Source of the DNA: Eledone cirrhosa | Lineage: Eukaryota | DNA: 64,000 bases | Direction: 5' to 3' | NCBI GenBank assembly: GCA_964016885.1 | Contig: OZ024742.1 | Span: forward strand, 328,786,001 to 328,850,000 | Shown: positions 1 to 13,228 of the stretch, piece by piece | Position numbering within the stretch: position 1 is the first letter of the stretch | Layout: every line of letters starts with the position of its first letter | Position numbers and translations under genes: made by a program | Notes under the pieces: generated by a model | The model's database searches: none | What the model was told of the DNA's origin: nothing | Seen by the model: the letters and a program-made list of their open reading frames with translations, nothing else

Positions 1-1020
1 AGGTGAAGGGGTCGGACTGGAGGCGTCGGAAGAGGCGGAGGATGGTGCGGTGGAGGGGTAGTGTGGAGGGGTGGTAGGTGACGAGGAAGGGGAGACGGTT
101 GGTGGGTGTGCGGTGGCGTGGGGTGAGGCTGGTGGAGCGGTGGACAGCACGGGCGCGAGTGAGAGCGGTGTGGACGAAGGAGGGGGGTAACCTCTGGGGA
201 TGAAATGGCTGACTAGGGAAAGGGCCTGGGACTCAAAGTCAGCATCTCGGCTACAGAGGTGGCGGATCCTGAGGAGTTGGGAGTAGGGAATAGAGTGTTT
301 AGTGTGTGTAGGGTGGGAAGAGGTGAAGTCGAGGTAGGAGTGAGAGAGTGTGGGTTTGAAGAAGGCGAATGTGACGAGGGAGTGGTGGGAGGTGTCGAAG
401 GCGACGGAGATGTCTAAGAAGTGGACGTGGGTGTTGGAGATAGAGGTGGTGAACTGGAGGGAGGGGTGGAAGGAGCAGAAGAAGGAGAGAAAGGAGTCGA
501 GCTGTTCTCGGGTGAGAGCCGTGGCTCCGATACAGTCGTCGATGTAACGACCGTACACTTCGGGCGTGGGGCCGGTGTACTGGGCAAAGATTTGGGCCTC
601 AACATGGGCAACAAAAAGGTTGGCATAGTTTGGGCCCATTCTTGTGCCCATGGCTACCCCCGTGACCTGTTGGTAAAACTCACCCGAGAAGGAGAAACAG
701 TTGAGGGTGAGGACCAGCTCGGCGAGGCGAAGGAGGGTGGGGGTGGAGGGGAGGGGGGAGGTGCGAAGGTCGAGGTAGTGCTTGAGGGCACGTAGGCCGT
801 CGGCGTGGGGGATGACTGTATAGAGCGACTTGATATGTAGGGTGAAGAGGATGGGCTGTGGGCCGGGTGGGAAGGTGAAGGAGTCGAATATGCGAAGGGC
901 GTGGTTGGTGTCGGAGATGTGGGGGGGGGTGTCTTGATGAGGGGGGCGAGGATGGAGTCAAGAAAGGCGGAGATGAGTTCGGTGGGGCAGTTGCAAGCGG
1001 AGACGATGGGTCGGCCGGGA
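1..1020 (-). mobile_element. Penelope-like element RT fragment (Penelope/Poseidon-like), 5'-truncated, frameshifted, continues beyond window start
   Basis: Minus-strand translation across a frameshift near 925 gives PGRPIVSACNCPTELISAFLDSIL...KSLYTVIPH...FYQQVTGVAMGTRMGPNYANLF...YGRYIDDCIG (YIDD at 535-546)...HFLDI...YLDFTSSHP...SIPYSQLLRIR, typical PLE RT motifs. Abuts a (TA)n tract at 1021. Confidence 0.9.
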
Positions 1021-1817
1021 TATATATATATATATACATATATATATACACGCACACACGCACACGCACACATGCACGCACACACACACACACACATACA
1101 CATATATATATGACAGGGTTTATTACAGGGTAACGATAAAGTTAAATCAATCTCAATGGAATTAGTAATATGTAATTTATTGGGGATAGTATTTAAACCC
1201 AATTTATGGTTCATTACTAGAGGCTCTGACACATGTAGATGCCGTTAAGATTTCGATACGAAAAGATAATATAGCAGTTCTAGGATGATACGGGGTTGGC
1301 TTCCGGTTGAATTGACCCGGATTGTCAGTTGATGAATATCCGGTGGTTGTCTATATACATCTGGTGGGTGTTCTGCAATTATTACAGAGATAAGATTTAT
1401 TCTCATGGCAACATTTACTCATTAACTATTTATTTTTCCTTTTCATCCTGAAGGTCTCTTGATGTAATTAAATTTTGTAATCTCTCGTTCGTTTCAGAGG
1501 TTACTAACTGTTTTAACATTAATATATTTGTGGCTTTGTGTTAAGATGAGTCATGCAACGTTCTCAGCTATTGTTTCTCTCTATTAATTATCATAATGTT
1601 TTAAAATTTGAAAAGTGGGCTTATACTCCCGACACTCACACATACGGATTTGATATGCTTCATATATTGTTAAAGGATTTATACACTAGCTTGATATGTG
1701 ATAGCTGCTGCATCACATTTGTATTTATATTTGTGGGTATTCCGTAAAAAAGCACACAAATCCGAACGCAGACACACCCAGAGCAAATGCAAACAATCAT
1801 CTAATGCCCTACAGAAA

Positions 1818-1997
1818 AATAATTGTTTCTACTTTAGGCACAAGGCCAGTGCATTACTGGTACTTTATTTTATCGACCCCGTAAGGATGAAAGGCAAAGT
1901 CATCCTCGGCGGGATTTGAACTCAGATCGTAAAGGGACGTAACTATGCTGGAAAGCATGGCGTCCGACCCTCTACCGATACTGTCAATCCACCGCCC
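1818..1997 (-). mobile_element. tRNA-derived SINE, full length, with target-site duplication
   Basis: Minus strand has an A-box-like head and B-box GAGTTCAAATCCC, then central domain GCCTTTCATCCTTACGGGGTCGATAAAATAAAGTACCAG. Flanks ccctacagaaaaataat / ccctatagaaaaataat look like a TSD. Multiple homologues in window. Confidence 0.85.
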
Positions 1998-3010
1998 TAT
2001 AGAAAAATAATACACTCAGAAAACAAGGCGAATCATGAATTAAATTTCTATACTAGAATATGACATCCATAATCCCTACATCAGACATCGACCCTATTTC
2101 TTAACCGCTAACCCACTCTAAACATGAGTATGGGGAAGATGGCAATTTCCAAGCTGCAGCAGTCAAATTACGCAGTTTCGGCATAAGATTAGACATTAAA
2201 TAATATCTATTATTACCTGCAACGATAACCCATCATGTAGTAGCGTTGCTCCACCTTTCCTGTGTACCCTAGACCTTAAAGCCCCTAAGATGACATGATA
2301 TCACGCATAGGAAGGCCCAGGTTTCACAACATAACATAAACAACTAAATTATAGTCAAGAAATATGACAAAGCTATTTAGGAAATGAGCGAAACGATTAC
2401 AAGATTAAAAATACCAGAGGTATAGTTCCTACTACCTAAACGAAAAACCAAATAAAATAAAGAAAATACCCATTTTATTAAGAAAAAAGCGAGATGAATC
2501 CACGTTGAAAAAATATAAATATGATATCAGAAAATACTATAACAAAAGGCGATGCAAACGGTGTAAATCTCTGTCATTGTTAATATAAAATAAACATAAT
2601 ATACACACTCAAATGAAAATATAATTAAGAATATATGAAATACTAAGCTATTAACACTTTAGCATTTGCATTACTCTATATATACTTTTATATTTTCATG
2701 GTAAAGACATTACATAACATAATTATCTCACACAATATTATGTCTATGAGGTTTTGATATTATTTATTTTAAGAACAATACCTTAACATAAGTATAAGCA
2801 GCCTGGTACATCTGGTTTGAACTCGAAACAGGGAGAGAATTCTGGCCACATACGGCCGGTTTAAATGCTAAATGGGTAAAAAATACCGAAATGATTATAA
2901 GATGAAGAGGAAAAGAAGTCCAGTTCCTATTCCATAAACTAAAAAAGAAAAAAAAATTAATACAGAAAAGACCTAATTTATTAAGAAACAAGCGAAATGT
3001 TTCCTTTATG

Positions 3011-3350
3011 AACCAGTAACAAGTAAATAAACCAATAAATAAACAAATATAGACACACACAGACACCCGGATGTAACACATGCGCAAAAAAAGCACACAA
3101 ATAACACAAAAACAAGATGGTGTAGGACATAACAAAGGGGAGGCACAAAAACAAAGAAAATAATCCCCAGTCACTGAAGAGGTCACATAATGTGTGACGA
3201 AAGAACTTTGATAATATATGAACAATCGCCTGGTTGTGGAACCAACCAACCAACCGGAAATTTATAAATTTAATTTATAATAAATTGAAGTGATATACAT
3301 CTGGTGCGTGTGTTTCTTATCGACAACATGACCCTCCCAAAGCATAACAA
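3011..3350 (+). mobile_element. Solo 3' end (pseudo-LTR) of the PLE family at 4095-7268, with hammerhead motif
   Basis: Aligns by eye with 6915-7268 and ends at the same base (...ccctcccaaagcataacaa) before (TA)n. CTGAAGAG-GTCAC..GTGAC-GAAA at 3174-3202. Confidence 0.85.
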
Positions 3351-3661
<311 letters not shown>

Positions 3662-3992
3662 ACTAGGGTTATACAGTTTCTAATTGAAGGAGTGGATGCA
3701 TCAGTGGCTTGTGGTGTAATAGTAACACGTTGGCCCAGCAAACCAAACATGTGTATTCGCGTCCCATGTACGTCAGTACTCATCCTTTTTTTTCCCCATT
3801 CAGAGGGATTTTTAAAATACCAGCTAACAGACTAATTCTGTGTCTTCAAATACGGCGTAAGCACATGTTACTACCTAATTTTCAAATTCGTAAGCCGTTT
3901 ATAAACAAAGCGTGCTTCATGTCTCCCTATATATATATATATATAGTAATAATAATACACTTGAAGACTAAAATTCAAAGAGGGCTCGATAA

Positions 3993-4038
<46 letters not shown>

Positions 4039-4043
4039 ATATG

Positions 4044-4100
<57 letters not shown>

Positions 4101-4489
4101 ATGCTTTGGGAGGGTCATGTTATCAATAAGAAACACACGCACCATTGCTTTCACTTCAATTTATTAAAAATTAAATTTATAAATTTAGGAATTTATAAAT
4201 TTCCGGTTGGTTGGTTGTTTCCACAACCAGGCGATTGTTCATATATTGTCAAAGTTCTTTCGACATACATTTTGTCACCTCTTCAATGACTGGGGATTCT
4301 TTTCTTTGTTTGTGTGCCTCTCCTTTGTTCTGTCCTACGCCATCTTGTTTTTGTGTTATTTGTGTGCTTAGTTTGCACATGTGTTACATCCGGGTGTCTG
4401 TGTGTGTTTATATTTGTTTATTTATTTGTTTATTTACTTGTTACTGGTTGGTTGTTTGTTCTATGTGTGTGTGTCTATTCATTTTGTCC

Positions 4490-5161
4490 TTAATTGTAAG
4501 TTGTGATGTTGCTGTTCCATTCATATTTTCTATTTAATTTTGGTTGGAGTTCATTTATGTTTATTGCCTCTGCGATTTGTTTAAACATTGCGTCTTTTCT
4601 GTGTGTAGATTCTATTTTTATTTCTATGTTCTCTAATTTACCCTTATGTTCTATTTTAGCATATTGGTGGAGTACAGTTGATTCTTTACTATCTTGAAGC
4701 TCCCTCCAGTGTTCATTTATCCGTTCCCCTATACTACGTGCTGTCTCACCTATGTACATTTTATTCTTATCTCTACATTGTCCTTCAGTACATCTTATGC
4801 TATATACTACATTTCTAGTTTTACAGTTAATATGGGGGCTTAGTTTAGAGATTATACATTTCTTATCTATACAGGGAGGTCTTTGAAAAGGGTATATCTT
4901 GCTAATAAGTGTTTTTATGGAGGTACCTGGTCTTTCTACTATCTTAATATTGAGTTTATGTTTATCTAGGGCCCTTCTAAATTTGTAAGCTAATTCACCT
5001 CTAGGGGTTGTATCGATGAACATTACACTCTGGTATTTATTGCTATAATGCCATAAGTTTTTTCTATTAACCTTATTCGTAGTTCTTTCTATTCTATTCC
5101 AAAATTTGCTCCTATACAAGGGGCAGGTCCTATTTGTATCATTATTTCCCATTTTTTCCAA
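4490..5161 (-). CDS. GIY-YIG endonuclease domain of the inverted PLE arm
   Basis: ORF has NCKTRNVVYSIRC...MYIGETARSIGERINEH...IAEAININELQPKLNRKYEW, the PLE GIY-YIG motif set. Confidence 0.88.
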   Translation of the reverse strand: MEKMGNNDTNRTCPLYRSKFWNRIERTTNKVNRKNLWHYSNKYQSVMFIDTTPRGELAYKFRRALDKHKLNIKIVERPGTSIKTLISKIYPFQRPPCIDKKCIISKLSPHINCKTRNVVYSIRCTEGQCRDKNKMYIGETARSIGERINEHWRELQDSKESTVLHQYAKIEHKGKLENIEIKIESTHRKDAMFKQIAEAININELQPKLNRKYEWNSNITTYN

Positions 5162-5173
5162 TTTAGGTCTGGC

Positions 5174-6875
5174 GTGAGTAACCGATCTGGGGACCTAACA
5201 AACGGCATAATAGGCAGTATGGACGTTGTGTCCCTGTATCCATCTATTGATGTGGATTTTGCTGTGGAGAAATGCGTAGAAATGATCAGTGAGAGCAAGG
5301 TTGTGTTCCGTGGGATTGATACCAGTGAGCTGGGACTCCTACTTAAACTTACCTATAGTAATAATTACCTAGACACATATGACCTTAGCAACCTGTGCCC
5401 TACAAGACCAGCAAGAGGCAGATCACCTACCATTACCTCAATGGCCAAGAAAACCCACACAGATAGATGGAACGGGTGGACCAGAGCCATACGGACACCC
5501 GAAAACAACGATGAACTGAAGAAAATGATTGCACATGCGGTAGGGGCCAGCATAAAACTAACCCTTAAGGAACATATGTTCAAATTTAATGGAAAAACAT
5601 ATGCCCAAGAGGAAGGAGCAGCCATTGGTGTTAGCATTGCAGGCGACATAGCTAACTTATTCATGGTATGGTGGGACAGTAGACTTAAACTTAAACTTAA
5701 AGAACAATTAGAAGACCCCTTAACCCTGATAATGTACTCCCGCTACGTAGATGATATAAACATCGTAGTTAAGACACCCCCACTAGAGAACAGTCAGGAA
5801 CTAGAGAAAAACACAATGGAAAGCATCCAGCAAATAGCAAACTCCATCCACCAGAGCATTAGAGTTACTATAGACTACCCAAGTAAACACCCCAACCATC
5901 GATTACCTGTACTAGACAGAGAGCTCTGGTTAGATACCATTAACAACAAAAAACAAATCCTCCATTCCCATTATGCCAAACCCATGACTTCCAAACATCT
6001 GATCCACCGAAACTCGGCCATCTCGGACCATACCAAAATCAACATACTGATTGCGGATTTGGTACGGGTGATGAGAAATGTGTCCCGCATGTGCAATCCC
6101 GAAGAACTAGAGAGACACATACAACACTTCATCCACCGTATGCAGTTCTCTGGCTACAATCAGAGAGATAGAATCAGAGTGTATAGAGGAGCCAGAACCA
6201 AATGGGAAAAAATGGTAAATAATGACATAAATGGGACCTGCCCACTTATACAGGAGCAAATTTTGGAATAGAATAGAAAGAACTAGGAACAAGGTTAATA
6301 GAATAAACTCATGGTATGATAGCAATAAATACCAGAGTGTAATGTTCATCGATACAACCCCTAGAGGTGAACTAGCTTACAAATTTAGAAGGGCCCTAAC
6401 TAAACATAAACTCAATATTAAGATAGTAGAAAGACAAGGTACCTCCGTAAAAACACTTATTAGCAAGACATACCCTTTTCAAAGACCCTCATGTATAGAT
6501 AAGAAATGTGTAACCTGTAAAATAAGCCCCCATATTAACTGTAAAACCAGAAATGTAGTGTATAGCATAAGATGTACTGAAGGACAATGTAGAGACAAAA
6601 ATATAGTGTACATAGGTGAGACAGCTCGTAGTGCAGGGGAACGGATAAACGAAAACTTGCGAGACCTTCAAGATAATAAAGAATCATCTGTACTCTACCA
6701 ACATGCTAAGATAGAACACAAGGGTAAATTAGAGGACATAGAAATAAAAATAGAATCTACACACAGAAAAGACGCAATGTTTAGACAAATTACTGAGGCA
6801 ATAAACATAAAAGAATTACAACCAAAATTAAATAGAAAATATGAGTGGAACAGCAACATCACAACTTACAATTAA
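5174..6875 (+). pseudogene. PLE RT plus GIY-YIG ORF, 5'-truncated, one frameshift near 6248
   Basis: ORF 5174-6271 has SMDVVSLYPSID, QEEGAAIGVSIAGDIANLFM, SRYVDDI, LPVLD; ORF 6231-6875 continues into VVYSIRC...YIGETAR...EAINIKELQPKLN. Confidence 0.92.
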
Positions 6876-7075
6876 GGACAAAATGAAAACACACACACAT
6901 ATAGAACAAACAACCAACCAGTAACATGTAAATAAACAAATAGATAAATGAACATAAACACACACAGACACTCGGATGTTGCGCATGCGCAGACTGAGCA
7001 CACAACACACACACAGAAACAAAATGGCGTAGGACAGAACAAAGGAGAGGCACAGAAACAAAGAAAGGAATCCCC

Positions 7076-7120
7076 AGTCACTGAAGAGGTCACAGAGTGT
7101 GTGACGAAAGAACTATGACT
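7076..7120 (+). ncRNA. Minimal type I hammerhead ribozyme in PLE 3' repeat
   Basis: AGTCA-CTGAAGA-G-GTCACA(gagtg)TGTGAC-GAAAG(aa)CTA/TGACT: 5-bp stem I, intact core with one extra nt, 6-bp stem II, 2-bp stem III, CUA triplet. Minimal hammerheads are known in PLE pseudo-LTRs. Confidence 0.8.
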
Positions 7121-7262
7121 ATATATAAACAACTATCTGATTGTGGAACCAACCAACCAACCAGAAATTTATAAATTCGTAAATTTATAAATATATAATA
7201 AATTGAAGTTAAAGCAACTGGTGCGTGTGTTTCTTATTGGCAACATGACCCTCCCAAAGTAT

Positions 7263-7328
<66 letters not shown>

Positions 7329-8950
7329 ACGTGTGTGTGTGTGTGTGTGTGTGTGTGTATTCCACGGTATTCCGTTAACCACAGTACTATTAATTTTGCC
7401 ATATTCTATTTGGGTTTGGTGAAGATGAATTCCATCTAGATATCATTACTGAACTCTGAAAACTTTATAACATGTACACTATCCTTTTCATGGGATTAAA
7501 ATTTTCAAAACATCTCCGATTATATGAAACAAAACCACCCATTTTATGGGTTACTATTTAATTTATAATCTTCTAACCGAGTTTTATGAGAAGCATATAT
7601 TAAGTTACATTAGTAATTTCCACAAAATTGTTTATTACTTAATTGCCATAGAATGTATTTCATGAAAGTTCCGTCACATGAGTGTAAAGATCGTGTATCT
7701 CGAGGTGAAATGGTTTCTGAAATGTGCATTAAGCTATGAATATTTAGGATAAAGTTTGATATGAGTTTTACATTTAACAATGAAGGATTGGTGATAAATA
7801 GCAAGATATGTTTGAATTAAATATCAGCAAATAAGTTACAATATAAGCCAAACTTGTTAGTTAATTGAAATTACAGTCGCGCTGAAGGGAAATATGCATT
7901 AGCTTATTGATGAATTCTGGTCTGAATAGGCAAGGGAGACAACTTCGAAATCTATTATTTTGCGAAATTAATAAGGAATAAACTATCAGCACTGTGACAA
8001 CTTCAAAGTGTTAGAAAAATCAGAATATTGCAGTTTGACGTTTCACAAAATTCACTTCTCTTCACACGTCATGATGCCGGCTCCTCTATGAAATGTTAAA
8101 ACATATCCATAGGAAATGCACACCGTTTCTATACTACTATGTTACTATTTCACTCATGTCTGACCATGAGTTTACACCTGGATATTCCTCTCCATGGCAC
8201 AAGCCGAGACATGTAAACACCCATGAATACACTTCTCCATGCTCCACATAATTAAAGTTTTCTAAATGAAACGCAAGGGCTGAAGCATATTCGAACGTCT
8301 GTGATTACAACTAAATTTCACTAGCTGAGAAGCAATTTAAAATAAAGTGTCTTACACAGGGCCTTACAATCGTTAACCATACAACAGAACCACTAAACCA
8401 CGCGCCTTCACCATTCGTCTTTCCTGACAATAATTAGCTACTCTATTTCTACTACTAACAGATTACTATAAACATTTTATCTCTATGGTAACAATATCTC
8501 ACATCTATAATAACAATATAGAGCATCATTCTGGTTATAACGTATCTTCTCTATAGCAAAAGTTTGCTATCTTTATAAAAGCAATACAGAACGTTGTTTT
8601 TTGAAAATAAAACATTACATCTCTATAGCAGAAGTATGCTATTGCTCGAGTAACTATGCCTCATATCTATAGTAACACACAACATCATTTAGGTAATAAT
8701 ATATTATGTCAATGGCGTCGGTGTACTACCTCTAAATTATCAATGTCTCATATCGATACTAATTTCTAAAAGGTAAAAACCCATTAAACTTGGGATATGG
8801 GCCGAGATGTTTAAATCCAGACCAGTACTTGAGTAGTACTCCATTTTAGAGATGCTGGAAGGGTTAAAAATCAAAGTTGGCGGGATTTGAACTGCCATGA
8901 CAAACACGGCAATTGCATTTCATCCAAAGCTGTACCGATTTTGCCAACCC

Positions 8951-9146
8951 TAGACCTGCCACCCTCTAAAAACTCAAGCAGGGAGAACCATGAAAAAAGA
9001 TGCCCCAAAACGGGGAGAAATTAGGCAATATGGGGAGATTTTACATAAAGAAAGCTATACCCCCATTTCACAACATAGAACATCCCCCACTCACATCAAA
9101 ATTGGTGGGAGATCTCCCCCTCCGACGGGGAGAGTTGATAGGTTTG
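8951..9146. mobile_element. Possible MITE with imperfect terminal inverted repeats
   Basis: Left tagacctgccaccctct pairs imperfectly with right agagttgataggtttg; no clear TSD. Confidence 0.45.
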
Positions 9147-11530
9147 TAATTCCCCACCTCGAGGCTTCATATCTATTTAAAAATACACAACGCCACTTCG
9201 GTAATACCATATCTCTATTGCAATGCATACTATCGTATAAATGACAATGCTTCATATGTATAGTAATAATACAGAATATCACTTTGTTAATCAAACATTC
9301 CATATGTTATACTATGTTATACTATGTCTATAGTAAGAATGTCTCATATTTTTAGTAATAAATCATCATCGATATAGAAAAAGCAGATATAGAAACAGCA
9401 GACTGTTGTTATCGTCTGTTGTTATCTCTATAGTAACCACACATACCATCTTTAGAATAACATCACGTAATGTCTATAATAACACCATACACTATGTTCA
9501 TCGAAAAAACACAGTATCACTATAGTACTATAAACAATAATCTCTACACTAACAACACAGTATAACAATAGTTACATCATAAACGTCATCTGTATAGAAA
9601 CAGAACATCATCGCGAGCACAGTATATATTTTATAAAATCTGGTACTTATTTTATCGATCTCTTTCTATCACATCGTAAAATAACGCGACATAAAAACAG
9701 GCTGTAAACGTATATACAGATATCGACATTCGCACACACACAGACAGATAAAGAAACACAGACACACACACACACGCACACACACACACGCAAACACACA
9801 AATACATACACACACACACATACACATATACACACACATACACTCAGACACACACACACGCGTGCATAACACACCAACAACTACTATACATTAATATCAC
9901 CCAGTATCTAGTGTGATTCTATACGGGTCTATATCAATTATATGCCGCTTGTCTTCATTCTATATTATCAGTGGAAATATAATTCCAACAAAACTTCATT
10001 GCTTTGGGATATCACACCAACTGACCGACGACAAAGCTGCATTTTTCTTTGTCTACGACTTAAGTTTCCAGCATCAAGTTTGCGCGGATTATTCTCAATA
10101 GATGACGTATCGGTGTATGTAAATGGATGAGGGAATCTAGTTAATATAATTGAAACTAACAATTTATTTTAATAAAATCAAGACATTGCACTTCTTTCGT
10201 TATTTTTGACGTCGTTTGAATACAACTACCTATTACCACTACTATTACATATTACACTCTATCTATCTCTCCTCCGTATATCTTATAGATGAACCAATCA
10301 AAACATAGTTTTGTCGATAGTGGTGTTTCAAAGTCTATTTAATATCCATCACTATGAAATTAATTTATGATAGCTACCGCTGTATACCTTTTTACATTGA
10401 AAGGGTGTCAGGAAAATGAAATATTAACTGTGCATTTGCGTTCGACCTGAGAAATGCACTCGAAGAGAATTATGACAGGATAACCGCAGAAATAATAACC
10501 AGATTGGAAATTGAAATGTAATAAAAAAAATTAAAAAAATGTATATATTTTCACCGCTTCGCCTGATGATTAGATCTCACGACAGATCTCACTACAGTTT
10601 CATGATAAACATCATGGTAACTGTTATCCTATGAGCCATACTTATGCCTGTCTCCTACAACAGGAATACTCTCATTAATCTACAATCATTCTGGTCTCTC
10701 GTCCATCCGTCACAGATATTCCCTCTCTCCTACAACACACTTCTTTTATCAATCCATTTCTCTCCACTACCTTAACCCTCTCCACTTTTCTCTACACATA
10801 TTTATACCCAAGAGGATATCTTCTAAAGTACATTCACAATATTTCCTCTTCCCTCGAAGTATATTTTTCACATTGATCAACCATGAGCACTTTGCTTTCA
10901 TTTTAGTGAAAAGGAAATCAAAATTAGCCTATTTCGAAGAAGGCTCATACAGAGGACACTGAATGACCTAGAACTGCTTAGATTAAGGAGATGATGGCGG
11001 TTACTGATTAGTGGCATGCAATGCCTCGAGGGATCATCGCCTCAGCATATATTCATGTAAATGTTACCTCAGAAGGGATCACCTTGTAATCGACACATGC
11101 GAACTCCTTAAGCAAAGCCAACGTATCAGTAGAAGCAAGCAGAACCTGATTTAAGAAGTCTGTAATTGCCTCCCTTTATTTAATGCCAATAAATATTTCA
11201 ACCTTATTCTAAGACCCCCAACTATCATTTACTAACTGACATGTCTTATAATATCCTGAACATATCTTATAATTTGTACCGTCTGTGTCTTCTTAAGAAG
11301 GCTACAATGCCCCGGGTTCATAACAGAAAGACAATTGTCGGCTATGTTTAATTTCTCATAAAGGAAATGACGGACGCAAGGAATGAGATATTATTTACTG
11401 ATTGTGTATTATACAGGCAACATGTAAATCTTCAGGGTTTTTTAAATATCACTACTTAACACACATTTCATGAGGTTGGGCAGATGTGAATACACACGTA
11501 CACACACATACGTTCATACACACACACACA

Positions 11531-11616
<86 letters not shown>

Positions 11617-11618
<2 letters not shown>

Positions 11619-11693
11619 GCAAAGAAAGTGTGGTAAGGAAGCAGGTGGACCATAACGTCCCAGAGTACTCAATACTTACGGTAGTAGGATGGG

Positions 11694-11697
<4 letters not shown>
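11617..11697 (-). repeat. Short repeat island between (TA)n tracts (family also at 16197-16268 and 17728-17880)
   Basis: Shared tggtaaggaa(c/g)caggtggaccataacg...agtactcaatactt; reverse complement at 17795-17880. Confidence 0.8.
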
Positions 11698-11722
<25 letters not shown>

Positions 11723-11727
<5 letters not shown>

Positions 11728-12555
11728 CTGGTTACACAGCAGTTAGTTCACCATAACGAAAACAATTGTTTCACCTTAGCGGATCCTCAGCTCGGAATGG
11801 GCATGGTTATAGAAACAGGTAGGACAACCGTACGAACGCGCCTGCGCAGAAACCCGGTCACTTCACACAGGCAATAATAGACGGCGTGCGAGAGGTGTAA
11901 GGGAGATAACTGCGAAATTCCGAAAAGTTTTTAGGTTGAAAATAATATTACAAAGAATCAGTCCGGAGCCTTGTAGTTATGCAATAGGTGTTTGGCGACG
12001 TGTGGATAATGTGTGAAAAATTCATTTTTCGTGTTTAGGCAATCACTATTGCGTAATCTCTTTAGAATAGTTATTTGTTCGTCAATACATAAGCCACACG
12101 TCGGATTTCCCCTTTCGTATGGCTTGGAGTAGTCTATACTTGAGTCCTTGAGGGACCATACGTGGCTCGCAAGTTTCGTCGATGAACGTCTGTCCGGGTG
12201 CCTGAAGGTAGACTGGTGGTTCAGGAAACGTTCCTTAAATCGGCCCTCCGCCATGCCCACATAGGATTTGACCTCCTGTGGTTCGTTTGGTCGGTAGGAA
12301 GTGACCACAGCTTCATAAATTACAGCTGGTGTGTTGCATTGCTGTTTAAGGGGGCAAGCTTCAGACTTACGGCAAGAGCACCCTGGTGGGTGTTGCTCCT
12401 AGGGCTGGTGGTGATGTGGGCCATCATGTTCTTAGCGCAGAAGTATCCTAGTTTAACTTTGTAGTTTAACTGTTGTGTAACCACTTCTACCTAACTCGTC
12501 CCATGGACTGAGTGCTCTACCACTACGGATATTACCTTCTAGTGTCTCCACCACT
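11723..12555 (-). mobile_element. Hydra-like PLE 3' fragment (GIY-YIG plus hammerhead) with short inverted end 12467-12555
   Basis: ORF 11958-12308 has SYVGMAEGRFKERFLNHQSTF...KLASHVWSLK...CGLCIDEQ; hammerhead motif at about 11756-11795; homologous to 59921-60796 and 15737-16140; flanked by (TA)n. Confidence 0.88.
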
Positions 12556-12564
12556 ATATATATA

Positions 12565-13228
12565 TAAATAAATGAAAATAGAGAAATTAATGTAAGCAAA
12601 ATGCCAACAATAATTCAGACATATAAGTGACTATACCATCAAGATGAAAACATTTTAAAAGTAAGATTTGGGATAAGTAATACAATCTTAATTTAAAACA
12701 AATCAAGAAGAAAAACTTTATCTTCAGACTTTGCGTAAGTTGGGGAAAAAGCAGTATAATCTTAACTCAAAATAAAATCAAGAAGAAATACTTAACAGTC
12801 AATTTGGGGAAAACTACAAATGCACTATATAGTCTTAAAAGACTATTTCACGAAACTTTTCAGTGGGGTTAGTCATGGTTAAAACCGATCTTCAGTAGTG
12901 CTCAACACATTAACTAGATCACCACTGCTAAAATGCCGGAGAGGAATTAAAAGCAGGCCAAACGACAGCGTGTAGACATGAAATAACAAAACACACGTGG
13001 ACGCACGCTAGTCATGGCGGTATGAGACAAAAAGCTGTTTACAAGAAACAGCAGTCATTACATTGTCATTACAAAAAAAAAAAAAACCGGGATTAGTCAC
13101 AAATATTAAGTAGCACTCTAGGAAAACTCCAAGTAAAAATATATAAATGAAAATAGAGAAATTAATGTAAGCAAAATGCCAACAATAATTCAGACATATA
13201 AGTGACTATACCATCAAGATGAACATTT
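12565..13228 (-). mobile_element. Non-coding element with ~85-bp terminal direct repeat (period 575 bp) and degenerate hammerhead motif
   Basis: aatgaaaatagagaaattaatgtaagcaaaatgccaac...aagatgaa at 12571 and 13146; minus-strand CTGAAGAT-CG..CG-TGAAATAGTC at 12841-12895; related end at 42928-43050. Confidence 0.65.

Larger units (their letters stand above)
4095..7268 (+). mobile_element. Penelope-like element (Neptune/Nematis-like), 5'-truncated copy preceded by an inverted copy of its 3' ~1.08 kb
   Basis: 4095-5173 is the reverse complement of about 6190-7268; both outer ends run into (TA)n; contains RT and GIY-YIG ORFs. Confidence 0.92.

Noticed and set aside
1818-1997. tRNA gene
   Set aside because: Only A/B-box-like head without a cloverleaf; dispersed with a common body and TSDs, so a SINE.
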